64,000 nt of DNA from Octopus bimaculoides. Its lineage: Eukaryota. Where the stretch lies: the NCBI RefSeq assembly GCF_001194135.2, contig NC_068985.1, positions 55,247,557-55,311,556 on the forward strand, given 5' to 3'. Positions 25,431 through 38,759 of the stretch are shown here, piece by piece. The notes under the pieces are model-generated. The model did not search any database. It was not told where the DNA came from and saw only the letters and a list, made by a program, of their open reading frames with translations. The translations under genes were made by a program, and so were the position numbers. Every line of letters starts with the position of its first letter. Within the stretch, counting starts at the first letter, position 1.

Positions 25431-28400
25431 ATATCTATTAAATGTACATTTTTAATGTTTATTTTTTGTCTCATAATTTATCTATATATTCCATTTGCAG
25501 TTTTAATTATAATTTTTCTCTTATTCAAAGATTTCCATTGCAGCATTCTTCTAGATTTCTTTTAATATATAATTCTACTTAATAATTAACTACTCCTCCT
25601 CGCTATGTATTTAACTGTTCTTTGTTATATATTTATATTTGTATATATATTTTTAATTTACTAACTTAATCATATTGAAACAAACTATGAAAGTCATATT
25701 TAAGACACAAGGTTAAGTTAGACATACAAGTTACCATCTACCACAACTATCAATGACCTTCCACTTATATTCAACTTTATTAAATGACATTATTAAAAAT
25801 AAATAAGAGTAACGTTCGGGTTTCAAATCACGCCGATGTCGTCTTTCGCCTTGTTTCAATAACACAACTAAATCTCAAAAGAGTGGAGGTTGAATCAGTT
25901 ACCTCTATATTTAACCCTCCAAATCAATAATAATAATAAACGACAAGTATTACTGTCATCAAATTCACTTAAGCCACATATTAATGTTATTATTAACATG
26001 TATATGAAAATAGATAACACATGTATTTAATCGGTAGTTTGATGAATGGCATGCACGTACACATATGTAGTCAGACACATGCAACACACGTTCTGTTTAA
26101 TTAGGACTGTGGTTGTCCTTTAATTCCCAGGCCTCTCCTAATCGTGCAGATGTATAGTCCGAGGTATTCTAAACGTGGCCATATGATCTATATAGAACTA
26201 TATTCTCTAATGTGTCCTTCCCTCTTTTTTTAAGGCGGTAGAGGCTATTTCTAGTAGGTTAAATAACTATGTCGAAGCTTCTTCGTTTTTGCTCGTAAAC
26301 CGAATGGTTATTTATGTCTGTTACTTTATCAGACTTTTCAATAACGTTGTATCTTCTGACGGACTGAATTTTTTATACAAAAGGGAAACATCAGAACTTT
26401 GGAATAAATACGAAGGAAGTCTTTCCGATAGGTTCATTATATACTTAGAGTACATTAAGACAGAATAGAGGTTGAAGGTTTCACGTCCTTGAAAATAAGG
26501 AGACCTGTTAAAGACTCGAGCTCTTGGGTTAAATTTTATAGTGCATCGGTTGAAGATCATTAAAAAACACAACGGTGGCGTATAACATCACAAGAATCAC
26601 AATAAACATCGATATCAAAAAAATGTTCATGGTTTCAGTTCATGCTGAAATACCCTACCGCGCAACACGTAACCTTGTTATCAGACACTTCGAACAGTAC
26701 GAAAGTAAAAATCGAAGATCCATCGAATACGACCCCTTTTACCGAAATCTGGCGACTAGGGTATATTTTTATAGACAGAAAGGACACCGAAAAGGTTAAA
26801 CATTCTTGTACTGTTAGTTTTCGTTGCCTTTCAGTTTTACTTTGGGTACGTTTTCTTTTTCACCAAAGTAATTCCGCTTTTTTTACAGTTTCATTCAGCT
26901 CGATACCCACCCTATAGCCAGAAGTTTAGTGGAGATAAGGAATTTACAAAGTAGCTAAGAAATGAACCAATTATCGCTGGTTTCAATTGTGTACACTTCA
27001 GTATTCAAAAAGTTATAGTTGCACAATGGTCGTGGTTATTTATTACCAGCTCTCACACAGGGAAAAATTTGTATTGAGGATTTTGTCCAAGGACAGTATT
27101 CAAGAGCTACAGATAAAGTCTGCTATAAGGCTCAACAAAGAATTACAAGATTTAAGTATATAACATTCGGAAAATTATAGTTAGAATATTTGCAAATTCT
27201 TTGTTCTTTTTGTGGTGCACAGATGCTGACCCATCCCTGAAGCTGTTTGAAGAAATGGTCAAACATGGGCTGGAAATAATGTAAATTGTAAATATAAAAA
27301 GAAAAAGACGGCTTAAGTTACTCGAGCGACTGACCACAGAAAATACGTATGTGGCTCTTACGTAAGTCGGATGTCAAGCGAAAGAAACGAGAAGCAGAGA
27401 AAGTTAAAAAATGAAATTGTTAGTTATCAAGCGAAAAACGAACTTTATATAGGCCTTCCAAATTATGAAAGTGGATGTTATGAAAGACAGAATCTTATAA
27501 AAAGCTAACTAAAATAAACAAAAACAATATAAGGGAAAGCCTATATTTCATTTATTGTTTATATTTTGTTTGTACTGATTTTTTAAAACCTTATTACAAG
27601 CGAGATATGCAATAATGGTAAATTTAGACAGGAAAATCTCCCGTATATTTATTAATATTTGTAATTTGGAGCTAAGATCATCCCGTTTTTACTTCTGGTT
27701 ATTTTTTTAGAACACCTTGTCTTCAAATTTATCACAGTGAAACTTGGATATGTAAAAATATTCCCTTCAAGTATTTTTTTAATCAGAACATTGAAAATGT
27801 TGAATTGGCAGTCAGGGCATCAGACAGTATTTAGTACATCCCTTTGCTTTCTCAGTTCGAATCTTATGGAGGTCAGTTTTGTCTTTCATCCTTCTGGAAC
27901 TGATAAAATAAAATATCCATCAAATTTTGGCACAGAGCCCGCAGTTTTTGAGGTGGGTGGGGAGTCAATTACATTGACACCTACACTTGACTGGTACTTC
28001 TCTTAACCCTGAAAGTATGAAAGGCAAAGTTGCCCTCAGCAGAATTTGAACTCAGAATGTAAAGACAAATGGAATGCCACTAAGCATTTTGCCTTAAATA
28101 CCCATCAAATAACGGAAAGTGATTTATATTCCAGTTATACATCCTAGATGTGACTAGAATTACTATAGTCAAGTGCTCTACTGTATTTCATTTTGAATCT
28201 CCCTGTTCTCAGTTCAAATCTAAGCAGGTGTGGGGGCCAACTTTAGATTTTCATAATTTGGTGGCCAACAGTATGAGTAGACCCAGTCTACTATCATTTC
28301 TCATCATTTAATGTCTATATTCCATGCTAGCATGGGTTGGATGGTTTATCAGGATCTGACTCGTTCAAGAACTGCACCATACTCTGTTGTCTACTTTGAT

Positions 28401-29924
28401 ACATTTTGTGTGGTTAAAAGCCCTTCTTAATGTATACAGTGTATACTGGGTGCTTTTTTCATGACACCTACATTAGTGGGGTCACCATGCAGCTTGCAAG
28501 ACTACAAACCCAGAGAGGGATGGCTTTATGCTAGGAGATGAGAAGTTAAAGTTTGAGAGAAGGGCTAGAGCAGAACAAGTTTCTTACTATAAAGGGGCTA
28601 CATGGTTATTCGTGTATATGTGTGTGTCACATCACATGATGGTTGTGAGTGTCACTGTCATACAAGCACTCTCATTCATTTTCATTACTTTACAAAATTA
28701 TTGCCTTGCTTGGAAACAGTTGAGTGTTGATGACTGGAAGGTCATCTGTAGAAAATCTTCATCAATAAACTCCAGCCTATGCAAGCATAGAAAAGTGGAC
28801 ATGAAAACGATGATATAATGTGTCATCTGCTTTGAAACCATCATGTGGCCCTTGGGTAACTTTAACAGAATCCACTTTACTGCAAGTATTTGGATCAGGT
28901 GGCTAGTCTAAGGATAGTCTGCTCTTGCCTTTCATGGAGACCTTGAAAAGACCAGTGGCATTGCTGTTTCTTCCTCAGGCTAAGCTAATAGAATATCTGG
29001 AGCTAATTTGGAACTAAACATCTACATTCCACCATTTGTTGAATTTAGTTTGGAGCATGTTTAGTTTATAAGTGCTAGGATGTGATTTAAGGGATATTTG
29101 GTTGCTATATCTAGCAGGTCGAGTGGCCACATAGAAGCTCCTTTGTTAGCTCACCATGTGTTCAGTTGGTCATCATAGCAGTATTGTCCAGTCCAAATGT
29201 AGCCAAATTAATCACAGAATAATTGTAAATCCCTGTAGATGTTGACATGTTTTATGAAACCAGCAAAAGATAGTGAAGTCTTAATACTGTTGACAGTGAC
29301 TTTATATTGTTGCAGTATACCTGCTATACACAATATTCCTGAACACCAATTTTTATTATACGCATTTCAATAATCCTTTTTACTAAAGGTACGAGGCCGG
29401 AAATTTTGGGGAGGGGACAAATCATTTACTTTGGCCCCAGTGTTTCACTGGTACTTAATTTATCAACCCCAAAAGGATGAAAGGCAAAGTCGACCTTAGC
29501 GGAATTTGAACTCAGAACATAAAGATGGAAGAAATGCCACTAACCATTTTGCCCAGTGTACTAATGATTCTGCCAGTTTGCTGCCTTATACACATTTAAA
29601 TAATGCACCACCACAGCCCCTGGCACCAAATTTCATGTCTCTAATGCAGAATTTAGCATATCAGTATCAGAAATATACGAGTCCTCAATGATGGAGTCTC
29701 TCTAGAAATAACAACCAAATCTCTCTCTTACTACACACTACCATATGATATATTAGATAATGCAGTCCTAGATATATGGGCTGAATAAAAGGTAAGATGT
29801 TCGCATTTGGAAAATCTTGATCATAAGTAAGTGGATTTAATATTAAAACAACATAAATCTTTGCATACTGTCTCCCCTCCTAATTGAACTATCAACTATA
29901 TGCTAAATTAATATTAATTATTAA

Positions 29925-31536
29925 CCCCTTGACATTGGTTGACATAAATTTCTGTGTACTTGCTTTAAATCAGAAGGCATAAATATCCACGGCTTTATCT
30001 GCCCTGGTTTTTGTACCAGTTAATATAAATATCAACTATTGCTCACAGTGTTGATAATGGCTACCATGCAAATTTCAAGGAATTTGATAGGTTTGTTAGA
30101 GTCTTCATGTAAATATTTCCGACTCAGTTTAAGGCTTCATCACCATAATAGCATAGAAATTGTGGTTTTGGCAGCTACGCCACCATTTCCACTATTGATT
30201 ATCAAATTTATACGTGTTCAGCTAATTCTTCTGGTCCTTCATGGAATTTACGGTTGTCATCATGTCCAGTTACAACAGTTTCATTAAATTTATGGTCTTT
30301 TCATTCATCTTCACATCTAGCTATGCCAGCTTTGCATTCATTGTCACATCAAGCTATGCCAGCTTCAGCACCAGGTTTGTTGTGTCCATCTCTGCTAGCT
30401 TTGATGATGGTATGCTTTTTGCTGCATCCCTGGCATAAAAGCAGACCTTCGAAATCACAGGTTGCCATTGGGGGTATCCCATGAATCTTGATGGAGGAAA
30501 TGTTTGAGTACATGGCTGATGAAACCAATGACAGTGCTATGAATCCTTCTCAAAATGCAAGACCAGGATGTGATGCTGAATGGTTTCCAACCACAAGTGA
30601 TGAACTCAAAATTTTCCTTGCATTATTCATCCTCATGGATATTGTGTAGAAACTGATGCTCACTTCATATTGGAGCAGGAATCTCGCAACTGCAACGCCT
30701 TTCTTTGCAGAGACAATGCCGCATGATTGGTTTTTAGCACTGCTGCGAATCTTCATTTCAACTCTGGCAATAACAAGGACGAGGCTCACAAATTTTGTAC
30801 TATCATTGACAAAATCGCAGATAATTTTAGAACTGTTTACATACCTATGCAGAACATCTCCACTGGCAAAAATTTGTGGAAATTCAAGGAGTGGTTGAAA
30901 TTCAAACAGTATAGTCCTAGCAAGTGTGCCTGCTTCAGGATAAAAGTTTATAAGGTGTGTCAGTCACATGACGAAGCCTACGGCTATACTTGATGCTATA
31001 AAATATACACTGGAGGAGATAAATCAGCATCCATGAATGTTGTCTTGAACAATGGATTATTAGGCAAAGGATACAAATTTATCTGAACAACTGGTTTTCC
31101 AGTCTTGACTTCTTTCTTTAGATGCAGGCAAGGAAAACAAATGCCTGCAGGGCCATGTGCACCTTCAGAAAAAACATGCCACCCAACCTTTTCAATGCAA
31201 AATTGTGTGCTACTCCATCAATAGTGGCATTATGTGGAGAGACAAGAAGTATGTTTGTTGTCCACCATGCATTTTGCAGGCATGTCTAACACTGACAAAC
31301 AAGACAGTGCTGGAAATCTAGTCATGAAATCAATTGTTTGATGTCCATCAACCGTGGTGTTGAGATGCAATCATGCAATGGGCTGGGTCAATCAACTGAT
31401 GTCAACACAGATCAGTGCACAATTTTGTAAAATGATGTGGTGGGCATGACACTAGTAAATTCGTTTTTGATATAGCAAATGCTTGACCTCAGCTGTGACG
31501 ATAACTGTTGCCTGATAAACAACTGTTGTCATGGGG
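29925..31536 (+). mobile_element. Decayed piggyBac transposon in ATP5PF intron 1
   Basis: TTAA|CCCCTTGACA ... TGTCATGGGG|TTAA ends. The broken transposase reads WFPTTSDELKIFLALFILM, SYWS..TPFF, LKFKQYSPSK..FRIKVYKVC, LGKGY. Confidence 0.9.
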
Positions 31537-32502
31537 TTAATTTTTCTCATAAAGTTGAAAGTTTTCCAAGACTAAGACTTTCCTTGACCAAGTGGAACTG
31601 TAATAGAGACAGAGATTGCTTTATGCCAGGTATTAAGAGGTTAAAGTATGGGGGAAAGGTCCAGGACAAGTTTCTTGCTGTAGAGTTAGGTAAGCTTAAT
31701 TTGCTGATACATAAGTTTTTGTAATCCGTTGAAACATTAGGATGATCCCCACTCCTTATTCTTAATTTTAGTTTGGGTATTTGCTTTATGTTAGGTAAGT
31801 CAGCAAAAGTTTGATACTAAAAATTACCCAACAGTGCAGTGACTACACAATTTATATTTTAATGCAGCCATATTTGTTATGTTGTCTAGAATGCAACATA
31901 ATCCAAAAGAAAACTATGGGATCAAGTTGGATCTGCTCAGATAAAATTGGAGGAAAATTGTTTTTTAAAAAAAAAAAGTATTTCTCCTTCACTCCATATT
32001 TGGTTGGTCTTGGTAAAAGTTAATTAGATGACTGTTTCAAAATGTAACTGAAATGTATATGTTGGGCGTCATGAAACTAAAATTGTATCAAAGACAAAAT
32101 CTCGGTTTTCACTAACTTATTTTATAAATTATCTTGATTTCTACATATTTTTGAGCAAGTTATACCCCACATGATTTTAAATTTTTGTTTTGCTAGCATT
32201 TAAACTGGCCATATCCAACCAAAATGTTTTCACCTGCTTTATGTTCATACTGGTCAGATTTGACCTCTCACACCTTCCCTACAATGTCATTCTAAAAGTA
32301 ATCACATCATCAAAATCTTGAAGTTATAAGGTAATTTATGATGAATTCAAAACAATGTGGATAAATAAGCATTACATTTGACATCTTAACCTGAATATCA
32401 AAGGGTTAAATTAAAGTTTAATGAATTTTATACTTTGTTGGATTCTTTTTGTTCACCATAAATGAACGTTTATAATAATGATTCCTTTTAACAGCTGCCA
32501 AG

Positions 32503-32669
32503 ATGTTTCCCAGAATCCTCAGTGGTGTCAACAGTGTCTCTCGAGTGATCAGCAATGCTGCACAGCGTAACATTGGGCTTTCTGCTCCAGCTATGCAGAC
32601 TGCAGCAGCACTTGACCCCATCCAACAGTTATTTGTCACCAAAGTCAGGGAATATGCCAACAAAAGCAA
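32503..32669 (+). CDS. ATP5PF: ATP synthase peripheral-stalk subunit F6 (coupling factor 6), first coding exon: MFPRILSGVNSVSRVISNAAQRNIGLSAPAMQTAAALDPIQQLFVTKVREYANKS(K)
   Basis: Acceptor ttccttttaacag| (exon starts 32495), Kozak-like gccaagATG at 32503, donor AA|gtaagt at 32670 (phase 2). The RNIG and LDPIQQLFVTKVREY motifs match the F6 family (human RNIG...LDPIQKLFVDKIREY). The N-terminus looks like a mitochondrial presequence. Confidence 0.96.
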
Positions 32670-33520
32670 GTAAGTTCAGTTTATCTGAAGAGTTATTTCC
32701 TCTACCAAAGAACAACATTGTACATCTTAATCTTCATCACCATTATCATTGTTTTATGGCTACTTTCTATGGTTACATGGCTTGGGCAGGTTGTCACACT
32801 TCAGATCAGTTCTTACTCAGAGCAACTGCCTTCTTAGGCATAATCAGAAGACCACCACCACTGTACAGTGTTGTGGGTGCATTTTTTGTGACCCAACAGA
32901 GTGGTTGTCATGTCCTTTACAGGATAAGATTATAGCAGTGGTTCTCAACCGAGGTCCACATGACCCCTGGAGGGCTACAAAAGTATTTTAGGGGTTAACC
33001 AATAAAGGGGATAGAAGAGAGGATGATTGAGAAAGATGAACTAGGGTTAGAGCGAGGACGAAAATAGAGTATACAAGTGGATGATGGTGTGGAAGGGTAG
33101 GGATAAATGAGAGACAGTGCTGAAAAGTAATGGAGAGAGATATTAAAGGCAGGGTGTAATAAGAATGACACTAATGGTACACACTGTAAAATTCATTGTC
33201 TCTAACAGTTTGTAGGTAGGGCACAATGTTATAGTATTTACTTCACTGACTTTTTCGCAATAAAAGCATGGCTGTGTGGTTATGAAGCTGGCTTCCCAAC
33301 TAGATGGTCACAGGTTTGATCCCACTGCATGGTACCTTGGGCAAGTGTCTTCTATATCTGGGTCAACCAAAGCTATGTAAGTAGATTTTGTAGACGAAAA
33401 CTGAAAGAAGCTCATATATGTGTAGCACTAGTGTAGCAATAATTGGGTACCCTCCCAGCAGTATACTGGATAGATACTATCCCTTAGTGGGTTGAACCCC
33501 CAACCCCTAACTCTCTCACG

Positions 33521-33565
<45 letters not shown>

Positions 33566-33698
33566 CCCACTGCATGGTACCTTGGGCAAGTGTCTTCTAT
33601 ATCTGGGTCAACCAAAGCTGCGTGAGTAGATTTTGTTGTCGAAAACTGAAAGAAGCCCATCATATATGTGTGTATATATATGTATGTATGTGTGTGTG

Positions 33699-33729
<31 letters not shown>

Positions 33730-35519
33730 ATATATATATGTGTATGTGTGTATATATAAAATTCCTACATTTTTTTTTCTCTCTCTCTTTTTTTTGCCTT
33801 TCAATCCTTTTTGTCAAAGAGCGTAGGCTCAAAACATCAAAGACTTATCCATTCTTAAACTAATACACTTGCTTGTTGTTCCTTCATCTATCTTCATCTT
33901 GTTTTCTGTAAATTTGAACTGTGTGTGTGTGTACCCTTGTTTTGACATCATGTGATAATGGTAAACAATATGACTGTCATACAAGTGATGTTCTTCATCT
34001 TCAATCTTTCATGGAAAATATATCTGACCATTGAAACAAGTAATGGTTAGCAGCAGGAAGGACGTCTAGATGTAGAAAATCTGCTTCAGCAAAATTGCGT
34101 TTGACTTAGGCAAGCATGGAAAAGTCAACATTAAATGATAAGATATGTATATCATCATCATCATCATCATCATCATCGTTTAACGTCCGCTTTCCATGCT
34201 AGCATGGGTTGGACGATTTGACTGAGGACTGGTGAAACCGGATGGCAACACCAGGCTCCAATCTAATTTGACAGAGTTTCTACAGCTGGATGCCCTTCCT
34301 AACGCCAACCACTCAGAGAGTGTAGTGGGTGCTTTTACGTGTCACCCGCACGAAAACGGCCACGCTCGAAATGGTGTCTTTTATGTGCCACCCGCACAAG
34401 CCAGTCCAGGGGCACTGGCAACGATCTCGCTCGNNNNNNNNNNNNNNNNNNNNNNNNNNNNNNNNNNNNNNNNNNNNNNNNNNNNNNNNNNNNNNNNNNN
34501 NNNNNNNNNNNNNNNNNNNNNNNNNNNNNNNNNNNNNNNNNNNNNNNNNNNNNNNNNNNNNNNNNNNNNNNNNNNNNNNNNNNNNNNNNNNNNNNNNNNN
34601 NNNNNNNNNNNNNNNNNNNNNNNNNNNNNNNNNNNNNNNNNNNNNNNNNNNNNNNNNNNNNNNNNNNNNNNNNNNNNNNNNNNNNNNNNNNNNNNNNNNN
34701 NNNNNNNNNNNNNNNNNNNNNNNNNNNNNNNNNNNNNNNNNNNNNNNNNNNNNNNNNNNNNNNNNNNNNNNNNNNNNNNNNNNNNNNNNNNNNNNNNNNN
34801 NNNNNNNNNNNNNNNNNNNNNNNNNNNNNNNNNNNNNNNNNNNNNNNNNNNNNNNNNNNNNNNNNNNNNNNNNNNNNNNNNNNNNNNNNNNNNNNNNNNN
34901 NNNNNNNNNNNNNNNNNNNNNNNNNNNNNNNNNNNNNNNNNNNNNNNNNNNNNNNNNNNNNNNNNNNNNNNNNNNNNNNNNNNNNNNNNNNNNNNNNNNN
35001 NNNNNNNNNNNNNNNNNNNNNNNNNNNNNNNNNNNNNNNNNNNNNNNNNNNNNNNNNNNNNNNNNNNNNNNNNNNNNNNNNNNNNNNNNNNNNNNNNNNN
35101 NNNNNNNNNNNNNNNNNNNNNNNNNNNNNNNNNNNNNNNNNNNNNNNNNNNNNNNNNNNNNNNNNNNNNNNNNNNNNNNNNNNNNNNNNNNNNNNNNNNN
35201 NNNNNNNNNNNNNNNNNNNNNNNNNNNNNNNNNNNNNNNNNNNNNNNNNNNNNNNNNNNNNNNNNNNNNNNNNNNNNNNNNNNNNNNNNNNNNNNNNNNN
35301 NNNNNNNNNNNNNNNNNNNNNNNNNNNNNNNNNNNNNNNNNNNNNNNNNNNNNNNNNNNNNNNNNGGCTACCAACCACATAGCTCCGGGCTCAGTCCTAC
35401 TGTGTGGCACCTTGGGCAAGTGTCTTCTACTATATAAGTCCTAGGGTTGATTTGTTCAACTAAAGGCAGTGCTCCAGCATGGCCACAGTCAAATGACAAA
35501 CAAATAAAATATATATATA

Positions 35520-35728
35520 CTTTATTTAAAAGCAGCAGAAATATAACAAAAAAAACTGTTACTCTGAGTTTCACGTTCCCGTTCAACAAAACTGTCCGAT
35601 GAACAGGAACGTGAAACTCAGAGTAACAGTTTTTTTGTTATATTTCTGCTGCTTTTAAATAAAGCATATTACTCTACCTCTGGTATTTGAGTACTCTTTT
35701 TTCCACCTTGTTGCACATTTCATGTGCT
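35520..35728. mobile_element. Palindromic MITE, left arm truncated; 65-bp near-perfect hairpin; related terminus at 21858-21945
   Basis: 35520-35585 is the reverse complement of 35600-35664 (1 mismatch, 1 indel). Flanked by TA repeats. Confidence 0.85.
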
Positions 35729-35734
35729 TACTCT

Positions 35735-35793
<59 letters not shown>

Positions 35794-37619
35794 CTATACA
35801 TACATACATCCTATGATGTTCTGTAAATTGACTTCACATTCTAATAGTCATATTCATGGCGCAATGGCTGTAAACTTTACAGGGACGACAACTGGTCACA
35901 CACGTGTATGTATGTATGTTCGTGTGTGTGTTTTCATGGACTGAAAACTAAAGCATGGTACATAACTTTGCTTACTTCAGTGATATTGTAGCAGCCCCAG
36001 TAGAAGTTCAGTGCTGCAATTCATGTTGCAGTCATACATCTCTTTTTCCCAGGGTTGTTGTTACATTGGTCTAGTAGATTTAGACAAGTAGGGTTAACTG
36101 TACAGTGGAGGTGTTGTAGGATTTCTGTGGAATGCCATTGCAATCTGGACATAATGTGTGACTATTTCTGCAACCAGTAGCCTCAAATTACATCTTCAGT
36201 TGCCAGCTCTTGGTTTTGCTGTTATTGAAACTTGCATGAGTTTCCCATTGGATTTTGGGATACAGAGTAGGCTTTAATTTTTCATTTCATTGACATTTTT
36301 GTGATAATTTGTGGTATGAATGAGTGACTTCAGTATTTTTGTCTGAGGATGTAGTGACAACAAAACGTCCTTATTCTTTCTACTTTGATGAGCAATTAGA
36401 GGGAAAAGCATCCAACTGTAAATAAAATGGCTCTAAGTGCTGTGCAAATGTCAAAAGTTGTGTTATCTCAACCATATTAGTATACAGAATTAGACATTTA
36501 AGTGTTGTGAGTGTATTTTTTTGTGACCCAACACTAGATTGCTCATTATGTCCTTTACAGGATAAGATTATAGCAGTGATTTTTCAACCAAGGTCCACAT
36601 GACCCCTGGAGGTCTATGATAGTATTTTAGAGGTTAACCAATTGTTTAATGTCCATTTTCAATCCTGGCATGGCCTGAGACTGCCCCTCTCTCTCTTCAG
36701 AGTCTATGGTATAAATTTTCTGTTGTAAAATTATCTAAATTAAGCCCTTCCATTAAAATTTCATGTTAATTTATGTTCCAAACATCTATTTAATAATTAC
36801 AGAGTTATTTCACTAAATTATTCGTTATTTGAAACAAAGGCTGTGTATTTTAACAGAGATATGGTAACAAAGGTGTTGAATAGAATTCTATATAAACATA
36901 CAATATTTATAATAGCTACAGGGTACTGCAAAACTAATTAATCTAGAATATTTTAAAATGTTTTGTGAATTGAGATCTAAAATTGGCTTTTGTTTTTTGT
37001 AGAGTCATCAATATTCTCATCATTATCATTTAATGTCTGCTTTCCATGCTGGCATGAGTTAGATGATTTGACTGGAACTGGCAAGCCAGAGAGTTGCTCC
37101 TGGATCCAGTCTGACTTTGGTTTGATTTGTATAGCTAGATGCTCTTCCTAATGTTAACTGCTCTGAGAGTGTAGTGGGTGCCTTTTATGCGTCACCGGCA
37201 CGGGTGCTTTTATGTGTCACTGGCACGGGTGCTTCTATGCGTCACTGGCACGGGATGGTGTTATGTCTCACCAGCACCTGCCACAACTACGATTTCACCT
37301 AATTTGACGAGTCTTCTCAAGCACAACAAATTGCCAAAGGTCATGGTCACTTGTTATCACCTCTGTGAGACCCCACATTCAAAGATTATGCTTCACCACC
37401 TCATCCTATGTCTTTCTAGGTCTACCTCATTCACAGGTTCCCTCCATAGTTAGAGATTGACGCGTCTTTATGCAGCTATCCTCATAAACATGAAATATTT
37501 AATCCAAATGTAACTCAACTGTGAGGATTGTATAGTGTTTGTAAAAAAAAGATGCAGTCTTAATAGTTATTTTAAATGAATATAGTATTAAAATGTTTGA
37601 GCTAAATTCTCAGTGTATG

Positions 37620-38090
37620 GACTGCAATCAAGAGAGACAGGTAAACAAAGGGATGACCTTTTCTCTGAGGCTCTCTTGTAGATTACCTTGATAGTGAATG
37701 ACAGTGGATTCGTTAGAACAGCTGGTGGCATTAATTGGTGTGCTGAGACCAACACAGTGGCTTCAGATGTTGTTTGGATGCTACAAGGAGTGAGAAGGAA
37801 TCAAGGCTCTTTGAGTTCTGTTATGCAAATGGTCTAACTGTTTGTAAAATTAACTTCAAGAAACTTTCCAAGCACCTGATAACCTACCATTCAAGTGAAC
37901 TTACAAACCAGTTAGAGTTTATATTCACCAGGAAATGAGATTTGGTTTTGAATACTAAGATCTTCTTTGGTAAGAAAATACCAATCAACATAGATTAGTG
38001 TTCACAAGCTAAGAGCTGGATGAACTCATAATCACAGGGTATTTTGGAGAATAGAAATGTGGAAGTTGGAGGATCCTCTGTCAGATAAAG
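37620..38090 (+). mobile_element. RTE LINE endonuclease-domain remnant, probably the same element as 38760-40387
   Basis: Translates to RLFEFCYANGL...FKK...HLITY, typical of the RTE APE domain. Confidence 0.65.
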
Positions 38091-38759
38091 GTTTAAATAC
38101 TAGCATGCCATCCCCTCTCTTAGTTTTCTGCATTTTTTGTACTCCATTTAAATCTGTTTTGTAAGTATATTAATATCTATATGCTTATACATGACTGTTT
38201 ATTAACCAAATATTTTCAGTTTTTGTTCCCATATATACTCCTGTCCCCTATATACATTTACATGTATATATGTATGTATATTTTATATATCAAGCCCAAA
38301 TGTGTTTGTTGACATCATTATCTTCATATCATCTCACCTGGATTCTTCTTATAGTCACTCTTTAACCCATGAACTTAGTCCTTGATAAAGATTTTGGAAT
38401 GTATGTTCAAATCATTTGAGCACTACAAGTTTTCTATATTTAGCATTTCTGGATCTGACATCATCATCATTGTTTAATGTCTGCCTTCCATGCTAGCATT
38501 ATGTTATTCTTTGATGAGGTCTTTAGTTAACAAGAAATATTCTTTGTTGGATTCAGTTATGGATTAAAGTACATATATCCATATTGGGTGGACAGAAACT
38601 ATATGGAAGCTTGTTGGGTACATTATACCTGTGATTCAAAAGTCGCACTCAGTGTTATGCTGTTTCAGCCAAGAGCAGGTAATTCAGCTGATTAGACAAC
38701 TGAATGCTCATTCCTGTATGATGGAAATCTATCATATATATATGTGTGTGTGTGTGTGG

